From: Podarcis liolepis
Lineage: Eukaryota
Strand: one strand, 5' to 3'
DNA: 64,000 bases
Assembly: GCA_965112155.1 (NCBI GenBank)
Contig: OZ218103.1
The notes beneath the pieces are model-generated. The model made no database searches. It was not told where the DNA came from and worked only from the letters and a program-made list of their open reading frames with translations. A program made the position numbers and the translations under genes. Below are positions 1 through 13,173 of this stretch, piece after piece (position 1 is the stretch's first letter; each line of letters starts with the position of its first letter).

Positions 1-33
1 TAATGGTCAGGGGTCCCTTTACCTTTACCTTTA
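1..33 (+). mobile_element. 3' end of a Sauria SINE, truncated by the window edge
   Basis: TAATGGTCAGGGGTCCCTTT followed by an ACCTTT-repeat tail. The first 24 nt are identical to the 3' end of the full copy at 52307-52650. Confidence 0.85.
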
Positions 34-954
34 CTATTCTAATGGATTGTTGAATATTACTTTAATTGATACTGGTTGCTTATTTTAAAGTTATGTTTTA
101 TCACTACATTTTTGTATTGGATTGGATTGTTACAAGGTGTACATTCTTTGTTTCCTCAGCTTTTAAACCACCTTGGGTATAGTAAAATAGAAAGACGGTA
201 TACAAATTAAATGTGAAATGAAATGCTCTGCTACAGTTTCTGGGTAAAACTCCTGGGCATGCTACACTTTTTTTCTTCTCTAAAAAAAAAACAAAATATA
301 TATACTTTGTATTGCCTTGTCTTTGTATTGGGAGACAATTGCAAGAAATGGGAAAAGCATCCATGATTTTTTTGGGAGGGAGCAAGCAAGTATTAAGGCT
401 GAAAACCCTCCAAACTACTTTACAGTCAAATCTTCTGATCAAGACATCTGCCCTGACATTGAGCTCCAGCAGCGATGGATGCCTGACTTGAACAGAGAGA
501 AATGCGAAGGCTATAAGCCACCAGGGACAGAGACCATCCAGGGCTTCATCTGCTTAAGGTCTCTGTTTACCTTTTTATGAGTACAAGGACAGAGTGAAGA
601 CACAGCAGAGAAGAGACCACAAAAATTAATGGCGTAGGAGAGAGGGGGGAGGGGAGGGAATTAGTCATCCTCTAACAATGACTAGGAGAATATGGAAGGC
701 AATGCATCAAAACGCAGCATATCAAAACCCAGAGAAATCAATTAAGGAAAAGAGCCAGAAAAGAAATGTCAGGGATATTCTGTGCCAGTAGGGCAAGGAG
801 TATCTGCCAGTCAGGAAGGAGTATTATGAAGTAATGAGCCACAATTGCAGTTCTCCAGAAAGGCCTCCTAATGAACTGCTGTCTCTGAAACACTATTTTC
901 TCCTATAAGCTAAGCCTGTTTAACAGGAATCATTACAGAAGGTGAGTCAGCCGT

Positions 955-1035
955 ACAATACAATCCTATGCATGCTTCCTCAGAAGTAAGCCTCACTATG
1001 CTCAATGGGGCTTACTGCCATGTAAGTGTGCTTAC
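955..1035. repeat. Short palindromic squamate interspersed repeat (MITE-like); related copies near 10545-10735, 13655-13720, 39925-39995, 49405-49530 and 58650-58730
   Basis: Recurrent core CTCAGAAGTAAG(T)CCCACTGA-TTCAATGGG(A/G)CTTACT forms an inverted repeat and is seen several times in the window. Confidence 0.65.
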
Positions 1036-2003
1036 ATACAACTGTGTCCTTACTTACAGCTTTGAGAGGAGGGTGGGCTGTTTTACACATGGCATGCTAC
1101 ACTCTCTTAGTGCCTACATAGACCAGTTTCAAGGCACTGGTGTTGTCCCTGCTCTAGCCCTATAAAGCTGGGACAAGGAGCTGGGGGAAAGACGAATCAT
1201 AAAGCCACAACAGGACTGTAGTCTCCTTGGATAAGAAACACTGCTTGGACTACACTTAAAAGATGTATATTCTGACTTCCTATTTGCAGTAAGTAAACGT
1301 TCAAGGAGGCTTGCATCAAATCTTTCCTCTTAAAAGCCCATCTAAATTGTTCACAACAAACAATATTCCTGTCTCAGAAATCATAAACCAAAAAAGCACA
1401 GTCTTACAGAAAATGTAGTCCAAGGATTATTCATAACCAGAGTCCTTCAAAATTCTCAGTAAATAGAGCTGTGTTTTGAACAGGGTGCTTCAAGGAAATC
1501 AGCAATGGTGCTTGGTGAATATATTGGAGAGGGGGGTCGAATTGTTCACAGACCTGGAGTGAGTGTGTGAGCAAGGAAGGCGGAGACGGGCAAGGGAAGG
1601 GAAGAACAATGGCTTAGCAAAACCATCTCTCTCACACACACTCCTCTTCTTCCTGACCTTATTCTGTATTCAACACTAATGTCTCATAACAAATGTTACT
1701 GATCTGTAGAAAAGACTGTACAACTTGAAAAAAGAGACAAGGCAGGTACTTTTGTAAACCAAGAAAATATTTAATAAAAAATTATTTTTAAAAAAACACA
1801 GGGATTTTAGGCCTGTCTTTGGTGTCCCTTAAACTGGAATAATCAAAACGTAAAGGAAACCAAGAGTGAACAGCAAAATAGTGTGGTGCAGAAAATTAAT
1901 CCTTAGTTACAATGACAAGGCTATGCTGTTTTTAATGCAAAACAAGGCTACAAAAACAACGCCAGAACCTAGAAGCCAAATGAGAAATAGATTATGAGTC
2001 TCC

Positions 2004-2063
2004 TTGGACTAGATGACCCTCAGGGTACCTTCCAACTCTACAATTCTATGTTTCTATGATTCT
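2004..2063 (+). mobile_element. CR1 LINE 3' terminal fragment
   Basis: TTGGACTAGATGACCCTCAGGGTACCTTCCAACTC followed by ATTCTATG-type octamer repeats, the typical CR1 tail. Confidence 0.8.
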
Positions 2064-3719
2064 CATAGTGAAGATTCAACATGATTATCATAATTGGCAA
2101 GGCCACTGCTGAGGGCAGGGCCTTGATAGGCTTAAATGGAATTTATGGGAATGTGGACTTGCTCTCTTAACATCCCACTAGACAGCCTTAAACTGCCAGG
2201 ACAGTCACCAGTCTTTGGCCTCTTTGGCCTGGCTGGCTGGGAGCTGAAGTAGAAAGCTCCCCCCCACACACACCCACCTCTTCGTTTAACCTGCAATGCC
2301 TAGAGAAGCTAGTCTCTTCCCTGTAAACTCTGTACGGACTGTTGGCAAATAAGTCTCCCTTATCAGTGTCAACGAGGGAAACACCTTAGGATGAGGCAGC
2401 AAGCAACAGCAGTATCCGCTAGAGAGCTAGCTGAATGCCCCCTGTCTGCTCCCATGCTGGAACAAAAAGCCTCAAAGAAGCTCCTTTTAAATATCCTAGT
2501 TCTGAAGCATTTGTTCCTGCTACGTACGTGAGGCCCTTGCTTCACTCTGAGGCTTTCCTTCATTAATCTACCTTCATGCAACATCAGAAAGAACAGGCAA
2601 CAAGAACTGCATAAGGGAAAGGTCTCTGCTATGGGACACAGAACGAAGCTCAGAAAGCAAGTGAAATGGCACATGGCTGGCTCAATGTTGCCCGGGGCAA
2701 TGATTTTTCTCTCAGCACTCATTCTTAAGGGCACCACCTCAAGGGAACCCATTACCAATGGTGGAGTTGTGGTCTGTAATAAGATATCAAGCTCTCTGAC
2801 CATTTGGTAATGCTATGGGTTCGGCAGCTTGCCCCTATCTAGTGGGCTCCCAAGAGCTTCGATAATATGAGAGGACTTCTAAAATCTGCTTTTCTTCCAC
2901 TCCTAGCATCTGCTTTCTACAGATTTTCTGAGGCCTGAACGTAGGGTTGTAGCCAATTATGCATTTTTAAAAGATTAAAAATAAACGTTTTTCCTTTTGT
3001 GTATATATTCATATTTATGCATCATCCTACCAGGCATGAGGGTTTTTTTAAAAAAAATAAAATAAAACGCACACCCTCCTTTTCCTCTTTCCCTTTCTCA
3101 GTTGTAGTCCACATAAGTGAAGGTACTCCCTCCACATAATATCCCATCAATCTGCACAACCTTTCACACCTGCCTCTACGAAACAAACCCAGTGCTACTC
3201 ATACCTAGCTAATGAAACCAGTGGAACAAACCTCACCAACCCCTATTGAATAAGAGAAGAAAGCTGCCATTCCTCAGCAACCACAAAGCATGCAGGGTCA
3301 TTTGATTCCAAGTGGAGAACAGCTACTAGAGATCCCAAGAAAGGTAGGTGAAACAAGCACTCTTATCACAGTATGAGGAACAAAGGTTTTGCAGTCTGTA
3401 TTTGACAATTGCTAGTTCTATCCATACGCTAGCAGCTTTCTAACAGTGAGCATGTACAAATCCATAGTGCCTTTTTTTGGTCATTCTTTACCAATGCCAT
3501 CAGTTATATGCTATTGTTGTTTAGGCTCCCTCAATATTCTGCAAGCAACTTTCTGCTGCGTTTCTGTTATTTTTGCTCCAGGATCTTGTCTAGTTTCTTC
3601 CTCTGAGCCCGATCCTAAACTCAATTATGTCAGGACTCATTCCTGCAGTGCTGCTCACAGTGGTCATATGTCTTATTTGAGAGAGGACAGAACACTATTT
3701 AAAGATGCCCTGTATTTTA

Positions 3720-3830
3720 GAGGTGTGGAACCCATGGCCCTCGTTGAACTCCAGCTTCCTTCAGCCCCAGTCAGCATTGCCCGTGGTCAGGGAGGATAGA
3801 AGTTGTAACCACAGGGTCTCCACCCCTGCT
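3720..3830. mobile_element. Short hAT-like palindromic MITE (ACTACAACTCCCATCA family), decayed
   Basis: Shares internal motifs (GGTCAGGGA.GAT.GAAGTTGT) and terminal inverted structure with the copies at 21217, 22679, 24155, 29203 and 48776. Confidence 0.55.
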
Positions 3831-4529
3831 CTACTTGCAGGGCTGTCCAGTCCAAGTCAATTTTAAAGAGAAGAAGGTCCTTAAAGTTCCCATCAACAGT
3901 GAACACATAAACAGCAGAGCAGAACGACCAGGCACTCAAATCAATTGGTCAGATTCCCCCCCCCTACACTGGTTTCTATTTAAATCATTTCTGAATTTGC
4001 ATCTATGTATATTAAATGAGCACATGCAAAGTTTATGCAGATTTGCTCTCTCTTCTTTGGTGATGCATAAATGGGCACCCTAACTTACATCCACTTCACT
4101 TACCTCCACCAACTAAGCAGATTTAGCTAAAGAGAGCAAAGACACAGGAAGTCACAGGTTGCTTCTCACTTACTTTTTGTTTAACTTTCACCTCCTCTTG
4201 TTTAGACTCCTAATAATGCTCCCAAGAGGCAAAAGAGAAGTTCAAGCAATAATTTGCCACTCTACTCAATCTCTGTTGTAAAAACTAGATAAGAAGGAGA
4301 ATTATTTCCTTTTAAAAAAAATAATCAGGGAAGCATACCATGACAATATTTATGGGTTGCATATTTCAGGATTTCTTCTGAAGAATAAATAACACTTGGG
4401 AAGTGGGTTGGAGTCAGGGTAATACATATGTAAATACCTGCCTCTCAACCCCAATCATTTACAACAGATGACCCACAATCAAAAACTCATGGGGGAAACC
4501 TGCTTCTGATCCTGCAGATGGGAGAAGCT

Positions 4530-4697
4530 TAGAGCTGCCAGTGCTTATTTTCGGACATGGCTCCTGTGCTTTTAACAGCTGTGTGACAGAATGACAACCA
4601 GCAGGGATGCTTCTCCTGCCTGACACTGTATCACCACACTAGGAAAACATCCACTTCCTGAACTGCCTCTTATCTGCCTGCTAAGTTGGCAGTTCTA
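4530..4697. mobile_element. Non-autonomous DNA transposon with terminal inverted repeats
   Basis: Termini TAGAGCTGCCA ... TGGCAGTTCTA form an imperfect inverted repeat. Confidence 0.5.
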
Positions 4698-7039
4698 AAT
4701 AGACCATGTGCCACTTGTGTGCCTGTTGCTAGATCAGAAAGAGACAAGATGGAATGAACAAAAGGATGCTGGACTTTCTAGATTCAGACATCCAGTCTGT
4801 CACCTTCCTTTACACTTTGGATTGCTTGCAAATCGGCTGAACTATCACTGGCCAAATCAATCACAGCAATAGTAGCTATCTGTTCAGGGCTCCCATACGA
4901 TCAGTGCCGCCTTCACAGTCAGCCATGCAATGTATTTTCACAAGCATCTGTGTTGTTTTCAAGTTAATTCATACTTCAGGCTGGTCTCAGCATGCTTTCT
5001 CATCCTCTGCCCCCTTCCCCACTTATTCAGAGCAGCCTTCTTAACAGCTGTGTGTATATAAGTAAAGAGAAATGGACCAGGTGGCTTTGCTTGTAGCCAG
5101 ATGGGCCAGTGACTGCATGGGGAGCAGAAATATGTTCAGTTTAAATCCACAAGGGTTTATGTGAAATGTGGTCTGGGTAAAGGACAGTGATCCAACTGCT
5201 AGCAGCTAAGCAGGCAGGACCTGGCTTGGAAAGAGGAAGGAGGCTGGTGTTATAAAGCCCCGACGCTTTGCAGAGTCTTGTGGACTGTGTAAGTGAGACC
5301 ACGTTCTACTGGACTAGAGGGTTAGGGATCTGTTGCTGCCTTCATGGTGCCACAGGTTCTGGGATCAAAGCCTTAGCACCTACCAGGAGGAATTAGACAA
5401 ATAAATGGCTCCTTTGGCAATGATATGTTTACTGATTATTATTGAATTGAAAAGCATAAACCAAATGCTGACCTTACAAGTTTTTATTTAAATTGTGCAT
5501 CACAAACAAATGCCTGATCATGGAGCTCTGGAGTGTGTGGTCTATGCTAGAATATGCAAGCACTTCAGTTATTTGATCCAGAAAGTGATGGCTGAAGCTG
5601 CAAGCCTCCAAGCTGCCTCTCGCCCACTCAGCTGCAAGAAACAACAACCCAGTGGCACCTACTGAAGATGAAGGCTTTTCAGAAAACAGCAGCAGAGCCC
5701 ACTTTCTCAAAAGCATGTTGCACTAGCCTCAGTTGGCAGGCTGTCAATGCACAGCACACACAAACAGGTGTAGAGAAGAGGCGTTTGGCCCCGGCCCCAC
5801 TCTTTACAGACAAGCTGTGAAATGCAAAGGCTAGAATGGCATCTTATTGCCTGGGTCGGAGCATTAGCAGATGGTTGGACATGATGCCGGATGGATCTGG
5901 TGCAATCACAAGCAGAGATGCTCTGGATAGAAAGGGCAAACAGCTCTCATATTTAAAACTGTCGTTTTAGCAACTCATTCATTCAGCCTTGACGCCGAAG
6001 AAGTTGAAACTTGCATAGGTCAGGCCTGCACAACTTGTCACCCATCTCGTCAAATGAAGGCAAGTAGTGCAGCCTTCCAGGTTCCTGACAACTTTTCTCT
6101 CGCCCCCCCCCCAGGCTCTTAGTAAACTTCCAGGCAGGAAGAAAAACCAAGTGAGTGATCTAGTGCTTGATGGGCTACCTTACAAAACTAAGGAGCTCCA
6201 TTCAGCCTGGTGGGTCACAAAGTTGTCTGGGTTTGCTCCAGATCCGAATGAAATACAAAATCAGTAAAGATTGGGACTGTCTGGGCACTTATCCGTTCTG
6301 TTACCTGAAGGCCATCCCATCAAGCAGCCCCCACCCCAACAGCCTCTTCTACAGTTACTGTACATACTGCTCTACGAAGGGTGGGTGGGTGTCCAAAGTG
6401 GCTTAATAGCCTTGGAGAGAGAAAAATACAACACCCACACAGAGCAGAAGCCAGCGCTCCCTTCTCTCTGGAGCCCTAATGAGGAGACAGACTCTGCTTG
6501 CAGTAGGAAAACTCAAACTGATCCCATCCTATTGCTTCGCTCCCTGCCCTTGATCTCTTCCAGTTCAGGTGTGGGTGGTCGTTTCGACACCGCTTTCTTT
6601 GGTCACACCTACGTGGCACCGGTTCAGAAAAGCAAGTCAAAAAACCTGGGCCCTCCTGCCACCACTTCTTCCGACACCCCTTGCAAAGCATCGCAGATAA
6701 ACACGTTTTCAACAGGGACCGCACCCCATCCCGCCGCCAACCCTTCCCTTGTCACTGACTGGCGACGCTCTTGGGCACCTCTCCCTTGGCACCGGCAGCC
6801 CCTTCCCTGGCATCCGTGCCATGCCCGTGCCATGCGCCCACGCCAAACCCGTTGCCATCACTAGACAACCCTGCTCGGGTGCGGCGGCGTGGCTGAACGA
6901 CTGATGTCATGATCTCCATCTCTCTCTCTCGCTCCCCTCCCCCTAGACTGAAAGTTAGCTTGCACCTTCCGGAGCAGCCCAAATCTTGGGAACAGAGTCA
7001 GGGGAGCCTAAAAGGACACCCCGCGCCCCCTCCTCCTAC

Positions 7040-7240
7040 CTTGGGCAGAGAGAGTGGCTGGATCGGCACGTGTATGCGCGTGTGGCGTGCCTGGGCGAGG
7101 AGAGCCCGGGAGCTCTCGATGCAGCAGCAGCAGAAGCAGCAGCAACCTTCCTCTCTGCCGCCTGCCCTCCTTCTGCAGGTGAGCCTTCGCCTTGTGCTGC
7201 TGCCTGCCTGCCTGCCTGTGTTATGTGTGCGCGCCCTGAG
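7040..7240 (-). other. CNTN2: Putative non-coding first exon of CNTN2 (5' boundary approximate)
   Basis: The minus strand reads ...CCAGCCACTCTCTCTGCCCAAG|GTAGGA, a good donor at 7040/7039 inside the CpG island. The orientation matches the expected synteny. Confidence 0.5.
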
Positions 7241-7335
7241 CCACTGCAGCATCTCTGCATTAGGATGTGCTCCTCCCTTCCCCTCCCTTTCCCTGCGCGC
7301 TCCCTCTCCGCCCCCCCCCGCAACGTTCCAGGGAC

Positions 7336-7337
<2 letters not shown>

Positions 7338-7402
<65 letters not shown>
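7338..7402. repeat. (AG)~32 microsatellite inside the CpG island
   Basis: Perfect dinucleotide run, read directly. Confidence 0.98.
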
Positions 7403-7405
<3 letters not shown>

Positions 7406-7915
7406 GGGCACCCCTCCCTCCCCCCTCTCCGCCGTTACCTCATTTGCCAGGACCAGTCAGCGCCTGCGAGAGTGACTTGCAAGCAGCATCCATAATGCGT
7501 GGTCTTCCTCAGCTGGCGCGGCTGCTCCCAGCTCAGACGGTCCCTTGCAACACTTGGGTGGGCGGGAGGTCGGCTTGCCCTGGGCGCACCCCGTGGTGAG
7601 GGCTGCGGGGGGCGGGGGACGGGGACATATGGTCGCGCGGGGCACGAGAGGAGGGGAATCTCCGGCTCGGCCCCTCCCCTGCCCGTTTACATTCTTAGGC
7701 AATTCGAGATGGCGAAAGAAACCCAGACTTCCAACCCCGCCCACCTCCGGCAAATATTTAATTCCATAATTGCGTGTGTGGCACAGGATATACTGTAATT
7801 TGCGGTGTGGAAGGGCCAGCCTCGGAGGCGCACATCCTGCTGAAAGGCGATTTCCCATCTCTGGCTAGCATTCTGCAAGTGCTGCTGCTGGGCCTGTTTA
7901 CAAGGATACCTGTAT

Positions 7916-8090
7916 CATAGGAGCCAACTATTAGGGGCCAAGAGGTATATGCTCCCCCTAAAATATTTGAGGGAGCCACCCCTCCCCCAAAGTTGATGGG
8001 CATTGCCATTCAAATGGTGTGCATGCACCACGTTATGTGGGACAGGGCTTACCTGGCCTTCCCAATATTTTATTCTAGTTGGCACCCTTG
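7916..8090. mobile_element. hAT-like MITE
   Basis: Ends CATAGGAGCCAACT ... AGTTGGCACCCTTG are an imperfect inverted repeat. The similar end AGTTGGCACCTATG recurs near 22519-22532. Confidence 0.55.
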
Positions 8091-9513
8091 ACCTAAATCA
8101 TCTACTATCTATCTCTATCTCTATAGCTATCTGTCTCAAGGTGGGCAATCCCACTGGGGATTGTCCCCCTGCTAACTTTATTGAGGATCCTGTTAACATG
8201 GACCAGATAACCACATTCAGTGCTTAATGTGGAACCCAGAATTCATGCCCAGAAATCTGTGCTTCCCAAAATAACAGGCGTGTTTTTATTTCTTTCTGAG
8301 ATTGGAAAGTGTGTTGGAGCATGTGCAGAGAGCAGCATTTCCTCACTGCTGCTGTGTCAGTCTGCTCAGCCCAGTCTGCTGCCATGCAGCTGCAGAGAAG
8401 AGAGCTCTTTCTAATAGGCAGACAGATGTGCAAATGTGATTTGCCATGGCATGTAGTGAGCCTTGTGTATGGAATATGTCCTATATGAACACTAAAACAT
8501 TAGTTCTCAAACTACATAGTGAGGTAAAAAGAGCCTGGTCCCCTTGCCTTTAATGGCAGCCGTTTGGCTGATTCTTTTCAAAGGTATGGGGTGCAGGATG
8601 ATTCGGCTAAAATCTGAGGGGAGGACAATGCAAAATAGGCATCAAATACAGAAATGGCGTGGAGGAAGAGAAATATGTTTATTGAACCCCAAAAGTTTCA
8701 AGTATCTTCTTTAGAGGCACTTTTTGGTGCAACCAACTGGATGCTTTAGGCTCCAGCTTTGTTAAAAAAGGTTATTGAGACCCAAGAGACAAACTGGTTG
8801 CACCTATAGTGTCCCTAAATAAGATATTCAATAAACATTAAATATGTTTAATAAAGTTTAATAAATGGGGTTTTCTGTGCATCTGGAAGCTCCCCCCCAC
8901 TCTCAACTCCCCCCCCCCAACATTTGGAGAAGTCAGAGATAAGGTTGCATAAATGCACTGTCTGGTAAACCAATGTATTTTGAAGCCTACAGTAGTGAGG
9001 TATCAGGCAATGCAACAGATTAAATTCTTGATTTGCATTGCTTTGTGAGGCACAAACTACAGTTCTATACACTTCTGTGTTTACTGTGATGGAGGAAATT
9101 GCCACACAGATCCTCTTCCCTCTTCCCTCTTTGTTCTTTTCTTGGTTTCTTTTTGCTCTGCTGTGTGTGTTGTGCTGGGACCAGTCCTGACATTTGGACA
9201 GGGCCGACAAATTTATATATTACTTCCCACTACAAAAAATCCCAAAGCAATTTACAAGCAGAGTAAAAATGCAATCATTAAAAAAAAAATGTGTAAGCAT
9301 GTTAAAAACATCATAAAATCTTCATCAGCGTGTTGAAAGCTACTTAAGCATGTTAAATGTTACACTTATTTCAACTTGCATTAAAATGCATAAGTGTTTG
9401 TTAAAGAGATTTCTCATCCCATAAACATTTTGTGCAGGACAGAAGACCTTTCCGTGAAGCTGCAATAAGCAAGCAGTTGCTTGGGGCTGTAGAATCAAGA
9501 GGAGTGAGGCAGA

Positions 9514-9523
9514 GGGGGGGGGG

Positions 9524-9566
<43 letters not shown>
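9514..9566. repeat. Poly-G followed by (AG)20
   Basis: Read directly. Confidence 0.95.
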
Positions 9567-9569
<3 letters not shown>

Positions 9570-9906
9570 AAATCTTACAAATGAGCTCCTGAAAAAGTGG
9601 GGGCAGTCATGTAGACTTTTTCTGAAATGTGATCAAGTGAGGATTGCGTGAGGCCGGTGCCGCTAGTAGTACACATGGTAGCAAGGAAATATTGTTTCTT
9701 GTTGCCCTAGAGATCTGGTCTTTAGAGAATACTTGTCAACTCCCAGTAGACAGATGAACTGCAAGTGTTTTTTATGGCCAGCTTTCGAGTGATTCATATT
9801 GCTGTAATAATATCTCAAATATGAATGGGTTTACTTCCTATCATTCTGCAGAGGGAGATGCTGTATTGTCCTGCTGGAAGGAAAAGTAAGAAATAACTAT
9901 ATAGAT

Positions 9907-9929
9907 ACACACACACACACACACACAAA

Positions 9930-9965
<36 letters not shown>

Positions 9966-9984
9966 GACAGAGAGAGAGAGAGAG
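9907..9984. repeat. Compound (AC)n/(AG)n microsatellite
   Basis: Read directly. Confidence 0.95.
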
Positions 9985-11627
9985 TGTGAGTATAGGCTGC
10001 TGCCCCTGCTTGCTCTGCTTGTGAACCACGTTTACCCGTCAATCCCTTGCCAACCCTCTTTCACCACACCTGCCTAATCCCTCATCCCTTTACACCTGAC
10101 CAAATCCCCTGCCTTTATACCACACCCATTTCTTTGCCTATTCCCTCACAGCTTGCCCCAACCCCTTTTAAAGGAGGGTGGGAGGCATGGCAGAAACTGC
10201 TCTCTGAAGCACCTCTCCCCTTCTGAGAAAACTCACTCCAGCAGCATTTAATAGTGAGGGGCTGCCGTTTCAGAGTGACTTGGCAAAGTGCTTCCCTTTC
10301 CACCCCCTGTTAAACAGCTTACCTGGGCTGCCTGTCACCTGCATTGCTTGCTGGCTTTTCTGCCCACATGTCATTTTGTTGTCACACTGGAGTTGGTGTG
10401 GCCACCTGCTGGTGACCACCTGAACTACAACATGACTGCAGCCTTACATTTTTTTGTCTATAGGAAAAAGTGCATGCATGTATTATGGTGTGCATGTATG
10501 TACATGTCTGTCTGTCTGTCTAGCTATCTATCTAGCTATTTAGCTATACATGGACAGATACATGTCTACACAGAAGCAAGTCTCATTGTTTCCAATGGTG
10601 TTTACTTCCAGGAAATTATGTATAGAATAGCAGTCTTCCAGTATAATTCTATGATTATCTAATCAGAAAGATGTCCCATTGAATTCCTTAGGGCTTACTC
10701 CCAGGTAAGTGGGTATATATATTTGCAGCCTTACATTGCAGTCCAAACTTAGTAGATCCCAGATTGACTAAGCCTCTCCCTGCCCCAGAATTCTTGGCAT
10801 GTGGAATGGGGAGTTCTGCACAGGTGAGTGATGTTGAAGCCTATCAGGACCGGGCCAGGGGCAGTGCATCCCATTTCACTGCCTGAGGAGAACTGGGAAG
10901 GTATTACACCCCTGTCCCCAAAGCCTGAAAGCTCCCTTACCTGGATTGTGTGGCAGCACCCCTGAAGATGCTGCTTCTTTGGGTTCTGCTGCCTGAGGCA
11001 GCCGCTTCAGCTTGTCTCATGGGTGGGCCAGATGTAGCCAGCTAAGTTTGGCTTCAACAAGCCTTTTTTCAGGCCACAGCTACAGTTCAGGTTTACTCTT
11101 GTCTGTTTTACAAATGTCTGTTTTGCCTGCTCCTTCTAGTGCTATTGTATTTGGTCTTTGTGTTGGGTCTTCAGTCAGTGGGATCATTGTCCGATCACAT
11201 TGAGTCTTCCGTCAGGATGCATTGCAGGGGATCAGACCCTTGGGTCTCTTTCAACTTCTATTATTCTATATTTCACTTCCTTTATTGCAATCTTTCCAGA
11301 TCTTCAGCTCACCCATTGGTTTTCTAGATCACGACAGAAAATTAAGTAGCTGCCATCTTGTTGACTGGGCCAAATCTGTGGAGTTATTTAGGGGTGGCGG
11401 CAATAGTGGGGAAATCAGCAAACTTTCTTGAAATGGGAGGAGCCCAAAATTCCCAAATGTTGGATTGGCAGGAGTTCTGCCCATGTACCTTTTCGTGACA
11501 TTGCAAGATGGGAAAAAGAGAAAAGTTTTTTGTATTCAATTTCCAGTGCAGTAATAACGTGCCTGTGCTCTGCTTTTACATGTTATCAAAGCGCTCCAGA
11601 CACTATAGGAAGGATACAGGTGCTGCA

Positions 11628-11831
11628 GACGGACAGTGTGATGTAGTGGTTAAAGGGCTGGACTAGATCTGGGGAGACCCTGGTTCAAGCCAGCATGAAT
11701 CTCATCTTCTGCCAGTTGTTGTCCCTCAAAGCACAAGCCATTTTGCAAGGTTGTTGAAAGGGTAAAAGTGGTGTTGAAAAACTATGAGTTCTGTGGTGGA
11801 ATGCAGGGATATGGATGTAAATAAATAAATA
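11628..11831 (+). mobile_element. Old tRNA-derived SINE (Squam3/MIR-like) with an L2-type TAAA tail
   Basis: tRNA-like head GTGTGATGTAGTGGTTAAAGGGCTGGACT...CCCTGGTTCAAGCC resembling A and B boxes, and a (TAAA)n end. Confidence 0.6.
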
Positions 11832-13173
11832 GATGCATGCATGGAAAGTGACTTGGCTTGCCTTGGATCACAAAAAGTGTATTATTGGAAAACTTCCTTC
11901 TTTGCTGTTTTCATTGTGAACAGTTACTATAGGGGCTCTCCAAGGAACGTGCTGTTCGTTTCCTTTACATCTGGGACATCTGGACATAGTAAATCAGCAC
12001 ATGCAATCTGTGTGGCTCCTTTTCCTGAAGGATCTTTTAGTTAGGGACAGCTGTAGGTTCCTTCTGTCCTGAGTTGTGTCATATAACCTTGCTCTGACGG
12101 CTTCTCCATTCACTCTCCTGTGCTAATAATTCTGTTGCAGCAAATGGTATAGAAAGCAGTGAAATCTAATGCTGCTCCCAGAAGGATTCACCCGCCCTGC
12201 CCCTCTCCCTTTCCTCACACCATCTCTTGGAATGCTGCTCTCAGGATGATCTAGGAGAAGATGGATAGACCCATGTGTTTCTGTCAGGTGCCTCCTGCCA
12301 GACAGCTAATCACACAGATGGAAACTTCAGGTAGCTTTCTCTGACCTGTGAGGACTGACCTGCAGCACAGAGTGGGAAGAAGGCGGCTTGAGAAGAGACC
12401 TCTCACCTTCCATTCTATCTGGCAGACCCCACCCTTTCACCATTGTCAGTTTCTTAATAACATAATTGATCAATGGTCACGGGACGGTCCATTTTGTAAT
12501 GGCTGGCCATTTCAGAGGAGTAATTAATGCACTTGCATGACCCTGTATCAATGGCAGACACTTCAAAAGTACACACTCCTTTTGCTTTGAGAGATTGCAT
12601 TACATGAGAATGGCCCTGTGACGTCAGGGTTCACCTCCTATGTTGGAAGGCAATGATAAATAGAGAAGTTTATTCCATAGCTCATTTCCTAGCCACTTGT
12701 TTCTTTATCGACTAGTCACTGAGATCAGTGGTACAGTTAGGTAATGTTAGACTGGACTGACAGCACAGAGTCAACGATCTTATGGAGACCCATTTCCTGT
12801 TTTGACGGTAAAGGTTATTACTTCCTTCAAGAAGCTGTAAGACCCAAGTTATCCCTGTTTGGGGACTCTCCCACTCATTGCGGGCCCTGGAAATCTGCCC
12901 TGAAGTCCGACTTTGACAGCACCACCGACTGTGTTATCTACTGACTCCTATATACAAGAAACACACACACCACATTAAATGAACACAAAGATGCCTCTTT
13001 TCTCAAGTACCTGTCTCTTCTCTTTAGTGGCTTTCTCTCCCCCCCCCCCCCCAATTTTGTCCATTCCCTTTAAAAAACAAACAAACATATTTTAATTCAG
13101 TCTGCCCGTGTATAACATTATGTTTACATTATGTGGTCACACAGCTTAGAATTATCCTGGACACAATTAATCT

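Larger units (their letters stand above)
6560..7830. promoter_or_regulatory. CpG island / promoter, probably of CNTN2 (contactin-2, TAG-1/axonin-1), transcribed on the minus strand
   Basis: This is the only strongly GC- and CpG-rich stretch in the window and carries GGGCGG boxes. It lies ~14-19 kb downstream of NFASC, and the same-strand order NFASC-CNTN2 is conserved in amniotes. The gene identity is inferred from synteny; no CNTN2 coding exon is seen. Confidence 0.7.

Noticed and set aside
1-6500. Search for a CNTN2 coding exon (signal peptide or Ig domain) on the minus strand
   Set aside because: None recognisable. The first coding exon probably lies left of the window, so the CNTN2 call rests on synteny only.
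6271-7858. Many overlapping ORFs of 70-197 aa on both strands, including poly-RE/LS and Gln-rich ones
   Set aside because: Stop codons are scarce in a GC-rich island and the (AG)n repeat translates as low-complexity peptide. There is no recognisable domain.
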